From positions 1 through 43,464 of IMG/VR virus record IMGVR_UViG_3300021061_000011: a DNA stretch of 43,464 nt; one strand, given 5' to 3'. Both the position numbers and the translations under genes were made by a program. How positions within the stretch are numbered: position 1 is the first letter of the stretch; each line of letters opens with the position of its first letter. The DNA comes from a virus. A model generated the notes under the pieces. That model had not been told where the DNA came from. It was given only the letters and a program-made list of their open reading frames with translations, and searched no databases. Positions 23,693-30,870 of the stretch are shown here, piece by piece.

Positions 23693-23964
23693 GGCGCCTG
23701 CGCCTCCGTGCTCGTGATCACTTCAGGCAGCGCGTCCAAGTCGATCACGTCTAATCCGTGGAACGGGTTGTCCCACGCGCCGTAGCGTGACCACCACGAC
23801 GGACGGGGCAGCGCCTTCAATAACCGCAGCCCGAACACCCGCGCATCGCGCCTGTTCTCAGCCTCGACTTCCACATAGTCCCGGTCGGTGTAGGTCGGGC
23901 CTTGCCCGTCCACGATCACGTCCACCCAGTCGTATTCAGGGCTGAGCACACCAAACCGCTTCAT
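23689..23964 (-). CDS. 91-aa hypothetical protein
   Basis: MKRFGVLSPEYDWVDVIVDGQGPTYTDRDYVEVEAE...PEVITSTEAQAP. Confidence 0.65.
   Translation of the reverse strand: MKRFGVLSPEYDWVDVIVDGQGPTYTDRDYVEVEAENRRDARVFGLRLLKALPRPSWWSRYGAWDNPFHGLDVIDLDALPEVITSTEAQAP
23702..23724 (-). repeat. 23-bp gene-junction repeat, copy 1
   Basis: Plus strand reads gcctccgtgctcgtgatcacttc. It encodes EVITSTEA and contains GGAGG and the palindrome GTGATCAC. Confidence 0.85.
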
Positions 23965-24203
23965 GACCGTGCCTCCGTGCTCGTGATCACTTCCGTCAAC
24001 TGTCGCAACCAGCGCACGCCACCAGGTCCCCACTCGTGATACAGCGGCTCGTAGGCCACGTGCGTTTTCGTCGCGCTCTCCAACCCACCCGCGAGCAACC
24101 CGCAGTCGTACCGGTCATGCTCCACGGCGTAGACCCGGCCATCAGAGCCATCCGCAAAGTAGGCCCGCTTCCCAGAACGAAACCGGCTGAAGGTGATCGG
24201 CAT
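23961..24203 (-). CDS. 80-aa hypothetical protein
   Basis: MPITFSRFRSGKRAYFADGSDGRVYAVEHDRYDCG...TEVITSTEARS. Confidence 0.65.
   Translation of the reverse strand: MPITFSRFRSGKRAYFADGSDGRVYAVEHDRYDCGLLAGGLESATKTHVAYEPLYHEWGPGGVRWLRQLTEVITSTEARS
23971..23993 (-). repeat. 23-bp gene-junction repeat, copy 2
   Basis: Identical 23-mer at the 3' end of the next gene upstream. Confidence 0.85.
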
Positions 24204-24538
24204 CAGCGGGCCAGTCGCATTTCTTCCGACAGGCTGCGGAGCATGTATTTCAGCGAGCCGATCATTTGTTCGACGAGCTCCTTGGTGTCTCGCGCTTCAC
24301 GCTTGGCGGCGAACTCAGGCGTCAACTCCGCGCGAATCTTGGCGCGGTTGGCTTTGCCTTCCGTGTCAAGGCACTGCATCAACACTTCGGCGTAGGCGGC
24401 ATCCGCGCGTCGGATCTCTGTGTTGCAATTACCGACAAGCGCCGTCAGCTTCGTCAGCAGCACACGCGCGCGGTCCGGCAACAGGTCGGTGTCGCGGACT
24501 TCCAGTTGAATCTCAGCGACCATCTCGCGAATCGTCAT
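24203..24538 (-). CDS. 111-aa helical hypothetical protein
   Basis: MTIREMVAEIQLEVRDTDLLPDRARVLLTKL... 1-nt overlap downstream. Confidence 0.7.
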   Translation of the reverse strand: MTIREMVAEIQLEVRDTDLLPDRARVLLTKLTALVGNCNTEIRRADAAYAEVLMQCLDTEGKANRAKIRAELTPEFAAKREARDTKELVEQMIGSLKYMLRSLSEEMRLAR

Positions 24539-24540
24539 GG

Positions 24541-25287
24541 CTACTCGCGGGCCGCAATCTGCCGATCGTTGAAGAACCGCACGCCCGGCACATCCTGTGC
24601 GCCCACCGTGGCCCGCGCGAACGCGTTGATCGCCGTCATGTTCGGTATGAGGAAGTTGGTCGGCGCCTTTCCTGACGCGACCGCCACAGCCAACGCCTTG
24701 ACATCGATGTCGGGATGCGCCTTCCAGAGGTCCCGATACACCACCCCCTGCACTTTGGGTGTCATCGGCTTCACGCTGACTACTGGCGCCACGATGGGTT
24801 GCTCCAGAATCGCGTGCGCTTCCGTCAACATCTCGGCATCAGATGCCTTGATGGCCTCGCGTTCGAGTTCGGCCGCCGCCGCAAGTGTCAGCGCCTCTGC
24901 GCGGGCCTGTGCTTCGGCCTGGAGCCGTCGCTCCTCGGCCAGCCGCGCCTCTTCCTGCGCCCGTTCCCACGCCAGCAGCGTGCGCTTGATGGTGGCTTCG
25001 GCGTCCACGAGGGGCGCCTCCAGGCGGTCACGCTCGTCTACGAGCGCTTTGCGCGCCGCCTCTGCCTTGCGCTTGGTCTCCATCGCGGCTTCGATGTGCG
25101 GCTCGAACCACCGCTGAATGTCGCCGCGCACACCCTTGATGGACCGCAGGAGATAGCTGGCATTTCGGCAGCTCTCTGCGTCCGTGATCGTGAAGCTCCG
25201 CGCACGGGACGCCCACGATTGGGCATCCCGTGTCAGCGAGGTTTTGTCCGGCGGGGCGATGCTGGTGTCGCTCATGGATGTCACCAC
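24541..25287 (-). CDS. 248-aa hypothetical protein with central coiled coil
   Basis: Charged helical core (RKALVDERDRLEAPLVDAEATIKRTLLAWERAQEEARLAEERRLQAEAQ). Its function is not recognised. Confidence 0.7.
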   Translation of the reverse strand: MVTSMSDTSIAPPDKTSLTRDAQSWASRARSFTITDAESCRNASYLLRSIKGVRGDIQRWFEPHIEAAMETKRKAEAARKALVDERDRLEAPLVDAEATIKRTLLAWERAQEEARLAEERRLQAEAQARAEALTLAAAAELEREAIKASDAEMLTEAHAILEQPIVAPVVSVKPMTPKVQGVVYRDLWKAHPDIDVKALAVAVASGKAPTNFLIPNMTAINAFARATVGAQDVPGVRFFNDRQIAARE

Positions 25288-25691
25288 GTCATGTCGTCAG
25301 CCGGCACGAACTCGCCATCGTCCGAGCCTGGTTCTCGCGCCGGAGCTGGACGCGGCGCCGGACGTGTCGTCTGCGTCTGCTGTGGCACGACCGCCTCCTC
25401 AATCCGAATCCCGAGGACGCGCTTGCCCTGGTAATCCACCATTGCCGTGTAGATCTGCACGCGCCGCCCGATCCAATCGTCGGACTCCGCACTGCCCAGG
25501 ATGTCGATGAGGGCGTTGACGTTGGTCTTGTTGAGCACCAGACCCTTGTCGTTGCCCCGGAAATACATGACCGGCTTGGTGTCCGTCCCTGTCTTCTCCA
25601 TCTGCACGTTGTCGATGACGACGGCCTTGCGGAACTTCGGTCCAAGTTCTTCCGCCTTCAGCCGCTTGCCCATTGCGCTACGCATGTCCAT
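25281..25691 (-). CDS. 136-aa hypothetical protein with acidic C-terminal tail (possible ssDNA-binding role)
   Basis: KPVMYFRGNDKGLVLNKTNVNALIDILG..., a Pro-rich linker, then DDGEFVPADDMTW. The functional guess is weak. Confidence 0.65.
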   Translation of the reverse strand: MDMRSAMGKRLKAEELGPKFRKAVVIDNVQMEKTGTDTKPVMYFRGNDKGLVLNKTNVNALIDILGSAESDDWIGRRVQIYTAMVDYQGKRVLGIRIEEAVVPQQTQTTRPAPRPAPAREPGSDDGEFVPADDMTW

Positions 25692-25760
25692 CGCTGCTCT
25701 CCTTGTTCGTGTCGTGTTTGAGGGGACCTGTCTCTCCCCCTCCCTGTGTGTGTGCCCCGG

Positions 25761-25976
25761 TTACTGCTTGCGGCGCACACCGATCCACGGGTACGCCATC
25801 TCGACCTTCTCGACATCGGGATCGCGCACTAAGCGGTTGAATGTGTGCGGGTCTTCGGATGCCTCGAACGTCGAGAAACGCCCAGCCTTCAACACGGCTT
25901 CCTTTACCGCTTCGTACGTTCGCGCCTTCCCCTTGATGTCGTCGGCCGTGCTGAATCGATCAATCCAGAACTTCAT
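25761..25976 (-). CDS. 71-aa hypothetical protein
   Basis: MKFWIDRFSTADDIKGKARTYEAVKEAVLKAGRF... Confidence 0.65.
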   Translation of the reverse strand: MKFWIDRFSTADDIKGKARTYEAVKEAVLKAGRFSTFEASEDPHTFNRLVRDPDVEKVEMAYPWIGVRRKQ

Positions 25977-25980
25977 GGAT

Positions 25981-26295
25981 CTAGGTCTCCTGGTCCAACT
26001 GGTTCATCCGCTGCCCCGCCCACGTATTCACCGCGAGCACCTCCGCTTTGATCTCCGCCATCTCCGCCATCAACGCAGCGATCCGTCCGCGATCCCGCAG
26101 CTCGAACGCCAGCCGCAAGCGGTCATGGGCTTCGCGCACCAATCCGCGCAACCGCCACAGCGTGTAGTGGTCCTCGTCACTCGGCGTATCCGCGATCCGC
26201 TGCGCCCGCGCGATCACGACATTTCCGACGTGACGCTGACGGGCGACGGCGGCGAGTTCGGCATCGAGCAATTCGGCTTCAAGCGGCCGTTCCAT
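25981..26295 (-). CDS. 104-aa hypothetical protein
   Basis: Starts MERPLEAELLDAELAAVARQ at a 1-nt stop/start overlap. Confidence 0.6.
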   Translation of the reverse strand: MERPLEAELLDAELAAVARQRHVGNVVIARAQRIADTPSDEDHYTLWRLRGLVREAHDRLRLAFELRDRGRIAALMAEMAEIKAEVLAVNTWAGQRMNQLDQET

Positions 26296-26642
26296 CACTG
26301 CACCGAGACCGAGGCCGAAGCCGATGTGCCGTTCTGCCCCATCTCGTCCTGCCAGCGGCGCCACCGGCCGACGATGGTCACTGGGTTTAGGCCGTATTCG
26401 CTCGCGAGGCGCCGCGCCACCGTGGCACCTTCACGCTTCCCAGCGGCCTGCATTTCTGCCACGATGAGACCGCGCACGTGGTCGTCCACACGGTCCACGG
26501 TGCGAATCCGCTTGGTGCGGCGCTTCGGCTTCTCGACCACTGGCGCGCGACCACGCAGAGCCGCGACAGCTCCGTCGATCCTGGCGATCTCTGCAAACAA
26601 TCCTTCCCGACGCTTCATCAGTCGCTCAATCACGTCCTGCAT
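26295..26642 (-). CDS. 115-aa HTH-like protein
   Basis: MQDVIERLMKRREGLFAEIARIDG...ATVARRLASEYGLNPVTIVGRWRRWQ. Confidence 0.6.
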   Translation of the reverse strand: MQDVIERLMKRREGLFAEIARIDGAVAALRGRAPVVEKPKRRTKRIRTVDRVDDHVRGLIVAEMQAAGKREGATVARRLASEYGLNPVTIVGRWRRWQDEMGQNGTSASASVSVQ

Positions 26643-26652
26643 GTCGTCTCCT

Positions 26653-26865
26653 TTACACATCCAACGGTTCGTCATCGGCCATCGTCAGCACGGGTCCCGA
26701 GTCATCCGCACAATCTGGACAGAGGCAGGACAGCCCTGAGGACTCCAGCGCATCCGCTTCATCAAAGGACATGCGGAAGATCGATCCGCACTCGTCGCAC
26801 TTCGCCCGGAACGCCTCCCAGGGCTGCGTGTTCATCGGGTCGTCGGTGTCGGCCGCGTAATTCAT
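26653..26865 (-). CDS. 70-aa acidic zinc-ribbon protein
   Basis: KCDECGSIF...LSCLCPDCADD. Confidence 0.65.
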   Translation of the reverse strand: MNYAADTDDPMNTQPWEAFRAKCDECGSIFRMSFDEADALESSGLSCLCPDCADDSGPVLTMADDEPLDV

Positions 26866-26868
26866 GGC

Positions 26869-26967
26869 TCAGTAGCTCCCGAAGAGGGCGAACACGACGC
26901 CCAGGAAGCACGCGATCACCGTGGCGACCTCTGTCCAGAACGCGAGCGTCAAGTAGTCCGGTCTCAT
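26869..26967 (-). CDS. 32-aa membrane mini-protein
   Basis: GGAGGACCGC then ATG. Translation MRPDYLTLAFWTEVATVIACFLGVVFALFGSY. ATGA overlap with the upstream gene. Confidence 0.45.
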   Translation of the reverse strand: MRPDYLTLAFWTEVATVIACFLGVVFALFGSY

Positions 26968-27362
26968 GCGGTCCTCCGATACGCCACGTACTGCGCCAAC
27001 CGCTGCACCAAGGCGAAGAGCTGCTGAATCGCCAGCGCCGCGTCATCGTCCGCGCTCCGCAACTGCCCGCACGCCGCCTGCACCGCCTCCGCGAACACCG
27101 CGCGGGCATCGGGCTTGGCGTGCTTCTCAAACCGCCGGAAATCGCAGGCTTTGAGTTCGGCCCGCACTTGGGAGGGATCCGCCTCGCCCAACTCGAACGC
27201 GAGGGCCTTGACCGAGCCGTAGTGCCGCACCAAGGCGTCGAACACCACCGACCCGGTTCCGAGATGTTCCGATTCAGTTCCGACCCGCAGTGCGGGCGCT
27301 CCGAAGGTCTCCGGTAGTCGGAGTGGATCGGAAGGCCGCGCGTTTGCTGAAGTAGCGCCCAT
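26964..27362 (-). CDS. 132-aa hypothetical early protein
   Basis: MGATSANARPSDPLRLPETFGAPALRVGTESEHLG... Confidence 0.6.
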   Translation of the reverse strand: MGATSANARPSDPLRLPETFGAPALRVGTESEHLGTGSVVFDALVRHYGSVKALAFELGEADPSQVRAELKACDFRRFEKHAKPDARAVFAEAVQAACGQLRSADDDAALAIQQLFALVQRLAQYVAYRRTA

Positions 27363-27366
27363 GAGA

Positions 27367-27660
27367 TCAACGCCCCGCCACACGCCGCAGGTTGCGCAGC
27401 GAGTTCGCGTGCATCGGTCGTCGCACGCGACGCCGTCGCTCTTTCCGGATTCGGTCGATGTCCGCTTTGGCGATGCTGTGCCCGAAGCCCCGCACGATGC
27501 CGTGCCGCTGGCACCACTTCCGGAGCGCCCCGAGCGACTTACACGGGATGTAGGTCAACGCCTGTCGTGGACTGAGCCAGGGGCCGACGTGCTCACCGCC
27601 CTGGCTCACGCCACCGCCCTGCTCGATTGGTGCGTCCGCGAGCTGAAGCGAGCGCGCCAT
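27367..27660 (-). CDS. 97-aa HTH DNA-binding protein, second gene of the leftward early operon
   Basis: LSPRQALTYIPCKSLGALRKWCQRHGI followed by a basic tail. Confidence 0.6.
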   Translation of the reverse strand: MARSLQLADAPIEQGGGVSQGGEHVGPWLSPRQALTYIPCKSLGALRKWCQRHGIVRGFGHSIAKADIDRIRKERRRRVRRPMHANSLRNLRRVAGR

Positions 27661-27662
27661 GA

Positions 27663-27860
27663 CTAGCTCGCCTCCGCGAACAATTCGGCCTCGGACTTCC
27701 CGAGGACGCGTGCGAGCCGCCGCCGCACGACGTTGGAGGCCGAGAGTTCGCCGTGAACGATCTTGCTCAGGCGCGCTTCCTTGATCCGCGCGAGCGCCGC
27801 AATCCGTTTCTGCTTCTTCCCGCTCTGCACAATCGCGGTCTTCAACGCGATGTTCATCAT
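27663..27860 (-). CDS. Cro-like XRE-family HTH regulator
   Basis: 65 aa. QKRIAALARIKEARLSKIVHGE. It is divergent from the repressor gene. No SD precedes the ATG. Confidence 0.7.
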   Translation of the reverse strand: MMNIALKTAIVQSGKKQKRIAALARIKEARLSKIVHGELSASNVVRRRLARVLGKSEAELFAEAS

Positions 27861-27980
27861 GGGCAGAGTGTCACCTTATTGGGCGACACATGTCAAGAAA
27901 TTTCTACGTGTATTTGGTGCTTTGTCGCATTATTTGGATAAGTGCCAATGTTTACAGTGACTTGCGGCGTGTCGGTGTTT
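27861..27980. promoter_or_regulatory. Divergent immunity-switch region (promoters and operators)
   Basis: AT-richer than its flanks. Minus-strand TTGACA (27891-27896) plus an 18-nt spacer plus GACACT ending 6 nt before the cro-like ATG. Inverted GTGTC/GACAC (27868-27889). T(T)ATT(T)GG repeated three times. Confidence 0.55.
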
Positions 27981-28574
27981 ATGCTGACGCCCGTGGATGA
28001 CTTCGGACGACGGCTGCGGCTGTTCCGCGTGCAACAGAACGCACGCCAAGTGCAATTGAGCGGTGTGGCCGACCGAGACAGCGAGGCGCGGCGCGCGTTC
28101 GGTCAGTACATGTCCAAACTGGAGACGGGCGCCGCCAGCAACCCCTCACTCGGTGTGCTGACGCGCATCGCACGCGGGTTCGGACTCACGCTCTCGCAGT
28201 TTTTTGCTGGCTTGGAGTCAGTGGATCTCCTACGCCAGACTGATACAGCGCACCGAAATCCAGTAGGGGAGATCACCAACGAAAGAATTTCGGCTGAGAC
28301 GTCTCGAATGACCTCATCTGACAACCTGATCGGTGATAAAGATCCTCGTGAGTCCCACCATTCACGAGAGGCGAGGCATGGCGTTATTGCAGTTCGGCGG
28401 AGCACGCGTGTGGCCTCGCTCACGAACGAGGAAGTCGACGCGCTCCTTGACGCTCTACACGCCGAAGAATCTCGGCGCCGACGAGTTCGCTCAGCTCAAC
28501 GACCTGCTCCGAAGACTCGATCAACTCAAGCTCCGCTATCCGCGAAGAGCAAAAAGGGCGCTGGTGGTCGGTGA
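27942..28574 (+). CDS. CI-like XRE-family repressor
   Basis: The probable start is ATG 27981 (MLTPVDDFGRRLRLFRVQQNARQVQLS...LGVLTRIARGFGLTLSQFF). The C-terminal ~40 codons of this frame are not protein-like. Confidence 0.7.
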   Translation: MPMFTVTCGVSVFMLTPVDDFGRRLRLFRVQQNARQVQLSGVADRDSEARRAFGQYMSKLETGAASNPSLGVLTRIARGFGLTLSQFFAGLESVDLLRQTDTAHRNPVGEITNERISAETSRMTSSDNLIGDKDPRESHHSREARHGVIAVRRSTRVASLTNEEVDALLDALHAEESRRRRVRSAQRPAPKTRSTQAPLSAKSKKGAGGR

Positions 28575-29707
28575 CTACGTCCTCCGACGGCTCGGCGCGT
28601 AGACGCATGGGCGTGTTCTCTCGGCCAGACTCGCCCTATTGGTGGCTCTGGATCGAGGGCACCAAACAGCGCGAGAAGACGCGGTTTCTGATCGGCCAGA
28701 CGACGGCGGAGAAGAAAGCCAGCCTCGCCGAGGCAGAGGCGCTGTATCACCAACGGATGCTCGACGTAGGCCGCGAAGCACACGGCTTGGTGCCGGCTCG
28801 CAGGCCGACGATCCTGTTCAGTGCCTATGCGCAGTGGTACGAGACCCACGTCGCCGAGCACCATCGCGGCAAGCGTCGGGAGAAACAGATCATCTGGACC
28901 CTGATCGCGGCGTTCGGCAATCGGGACCTCGCGACGATCACCAAGGATGCTGTCTTGACCTGGCGGTCAGAGCGCGCACGCGCGACCAGTCCGAGCACCA
29001 GCAACCGCGAACTCGCGGTGCTGAAACGAATGCTCACGTTGGCCGTGCCGAAGTACCTCGAGGCGTCACCACTGGCCAAGCTGCCGATGCTGCGCGCCCC
29101 ACGACGGGACGGCGCCGTGCTCTCGCGCGAACAGGAGACGGCGCTCCTGAAAGAGCTGCAACCAGCCGATCAGGCGCTCGTGATCTGCGCGCTCGATACG
29201 CTGATGCGGTTGTCCGATGTGGTGAACCTCCGGCGGGAGCAGGACCGCGGCACCTACCTGCTCGTCACGGACCCGAAGGTCAAACCCTACAAGGTCCCGA
29301 TCTCCTCCCGGCTGCGCGCCGCTTTGGACGGACTGCCGAAGGGCGACCCGTACTACTTCGCGCACCGCCGGCACAAGCGGATCGACACGACGCATTCGAT
29401 CATCCGGAACATGCTGACGCGGGCGTGCACGCGGGCGGGGATTCCAGCCCAGCGCGCGAATGGCGGGATCACGTTCCACAGCTTCCGGCATACTGGAGCG
29501 ACGCGCATGTTGGAAGCCGGCGTGCCGCTCCGGGTGATCCAGGAGATTGGCGGCTGGCGGACCTTGCAGCAGCTCGAACGCTACGCCCACGTCACCGATA
29601 CGGCCAAGGTAGCCGCCGTCGAGGCCATCGGGCCGATGCCGCTCCCGATACACTCCCGAGCCCAGAGGAAACCGCGAAACTATTCCAGAAAACGGCGGGC
29701 TGGGTAG
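28571..29707 (+). CDS. int: Tyrosine integrase
   Basis: LDTLMRLSDV (Arg), HSFRHTGATRM (HxxR), GGWRTLQQLERYAH (Tyr). The probable start is ATG 28607 (MGVFSRPDSPYWW). Confidence 0.92.
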   Translation: MTTSSDGSARRRMGVFSRPDSPYWWLWIEGTKQREKTRFLIGQTTAEKKASLAEAEALYHQRMLDVGREAHGLVPARRPTILFSAYAQWYETHVAEHHRGKRREKQIIWTLIAAFGNRDLATITKDAVLTWRSERARATSPSTSNRELAVLKRMLTLAVPKYLEASPLAKLPMLRAPRRDGAVLSREQETALLKELQPADQALVICALDTLMRLSDVVNLRREQDRGTYLLVTDPKVKPYKVPISSRLRAALDGLPKGDPYYFAHRRHKRIDTTHSIIRNMLTRACTRAGIPAQRANGGITFHSFRHTGATRMLEAGVPLRVIQEIGGWRTLQQLERYAHVTDTAKVAAVEAIGPMPLPIHSRAQRKPRNYSRKRRAG

Positions 29708-29751
29708 CACTTTTAATGCGCGGGCCGCGGGTTCGATCCCCGCCTCGGTCA
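29708..29751 (+). other. Putative attP core: 3' half of a tRNA gene (Lys-UUU-like)
   Basis: Anticodon-loop-like cttttaa. T arm gcggg-ttcgatc-cccgc (29727-29743). Acceptor 3' strand ctcggtc plus a. No matching 5' half upstream. Confidence 0.65.
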
Positions 29752-29787
29752 TTCCCACTTTTCGTCAATTTCAGGGAGGAAATCGCG

Positions 29788-30045
29788 ATGAATCACGGTC
29801 ACGAGCGGGACAGTCATCGGAACCGTTTCGGACACTTTTTGGCCGCCGTACTCCCGAACCACTCCCGGTGGCTGGCGAGCCTGTTGGCGCTCCTCCTCGG
29901 CCTCGCGGCCCACGCCCGCGCCCAATCCGGCTGCGGGGTCACACCCGTGAAGCCCGTGCGGCCCGTCGGCTGTAAAGACCTCGTCGCGCAGTGCCAGTGC
30001 GATGACCGCGGCCGTTGCCGCTGGGTCTGGGTGTGTGTGAAATGA
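29788..30045 (+). CDS. 85-aa secreted Cys-rich mini-protein (moron-like)
   Basis: GGGAGGA SD. RWLASLLALLLGLAAHARA/QS signal peptide. The mature ~40 aa carry 7 Cys (CGVTPVKPVRPVGCKDLVAQCQCDDRGRCRWVWVC). Confidence 0.65.
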   Translation: MNHGHERDSHRNRFGHFLAAVLPNHSRWLASLLALLLGLAAHARAQSGCGVTPVKPVRPVGCKDLVAQCQCDDRGRCRWVWVCVK

Positions 30046-30233
30046 GGCGCGACCCGGACTACGACGAGCTGCGACGTCTCGCCCGCGCACGGTTGCTCAC
30101 ACCCGCCATCGTGGCCCTGTACCGGGACATCGTTGCCGCGAAAGTCTCGGCGGGACAGCCCGTCTCAGAAGAGGACGATCTCTTCCTGCGGTCGCTGGGG
30201 ATTGACCCGTCACGCTGGGCGCCGGTCCACTGA
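30042..30233 (+). CDS. 63-aa hypothetical protein
   Basis: ATGA overlap with the upstream gene. Translation MRRDPDYDELRRLARARLLTPAIVALYRDIVAAK... Confidence 0.6.
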   Translation: MRRDPDYDELRRLARARLLTPAIVALYRDIVAAKVSAGQPVSEEDDLFLRSLGIDPSRWAPVH

Positions 30234-30239
30234 GCGATT

Positions 30240-30261
30240 CCGGCGCGAGGGCAGACGCCGG
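30240..30261. terminator. Hairpin in the convergent intergenic gap
   Basis: ccggcg-cgagggcaga-cgccgg. There is no T run on either side. Confidence 0.25.
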
Positions 30262-30290
30262 GGCCAGCGGTCAGGAACCGGCGCCCATCT

Positions 30291-30869
30291 CTACGAGCCG
30301 ACGACCACCCGCTGTGCGGCTCGCACGGCTCGCTTGAACGCCTTCGACATGGACGACTCGCCGAGACCGAACGTCTGCCCGATCTCGGCCAGTAACGATC
30401 CCGTGGCGACACGCTGTAAGACCATCCGTTCCCGCTCCCGCGGCTGCGCCGCAATCGCGCGCTCAATCAATTGCCGACGCTCAAGCGGCCCATGGATGTC
30501 GCCGTGCGGATCGACCACGTCGGGGTCTCCCTCCACCGTCAACGGATACGCCACGAGGGGCAGCAAGCACTTGAACGCGTAGCCGCGCCGCGTCCGATCG
30601 CGGACATACCCGTTCGCATGAGCGCGATCGACCCAGAGGTCACGCACGCGCCAGCGCACGCGTAACGCCGCATACGGCGCGAACGGAATCGCGCGGCCCG
30701 GATCGTACCGTTGCGCGGCTTCGACCAGCCCGAGATATGCCGCCGAGAGACAGTCGTCCGGATCGAGGCGGCGTCGGCTGCGTCGTGCGACGGTCCGCGC
30801 CACGGATCGGGCGATGTCAAGGTGTCGCTCGATCAAATCGCGCTGCCACGCTTCGAGCGGCACCGCCAC
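30291..30869 (-). CDS. Sigma-70-family RNA polymerase sigma factor (regions 2 and 4 only)
   Basis: Region 2 is DDCLSAAYLGLVEAAQRYDPGRAIPFAPYAALRVRWRVRD. Region 4 is ERERMVLQRVATGSLLAEIGQTFGLGESSMSKAFKRA. Confidence 0.8.
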   Translation of the reverse strand: MAVPLEAWQRDLIERHLDIARSVARTVARRSRRRLDPDDCLSAAYLGLVEAAQRYDPGRAIPFAPYAALRVRWRVRDLWVDRAHANGYVRDRTRRGYAFKCLLPLVAYPLTVEGDPDVVDPHGDIHGPLERRQLIERAIAAQPRERERMVLQRVATGSLLAEIGQTFGLGESSMSKAFKRAVRAAQRVVVGS

Positions 30870-30870
30870 A

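Noticed and set aside
25715-25750. The hairpin gagggg-N11-cccctc between 25761 and 25691 as a terminator or as an inverted copy of the junction motif.
   Set aside because: The stem is only 6 bp, no T run follows, and it shares only GAGGGGAC with the motif, on the opposite strand.
29678-29751. A complete tRNA gene downstream of the integrase.
   Set aside because: Only the anticodon loop, T arm and 3' acceptor strand are present. The ~30 nt upstream lack a complementary acceptor strand (gaccgag) and a D arm, and they are integrase coding sequence.
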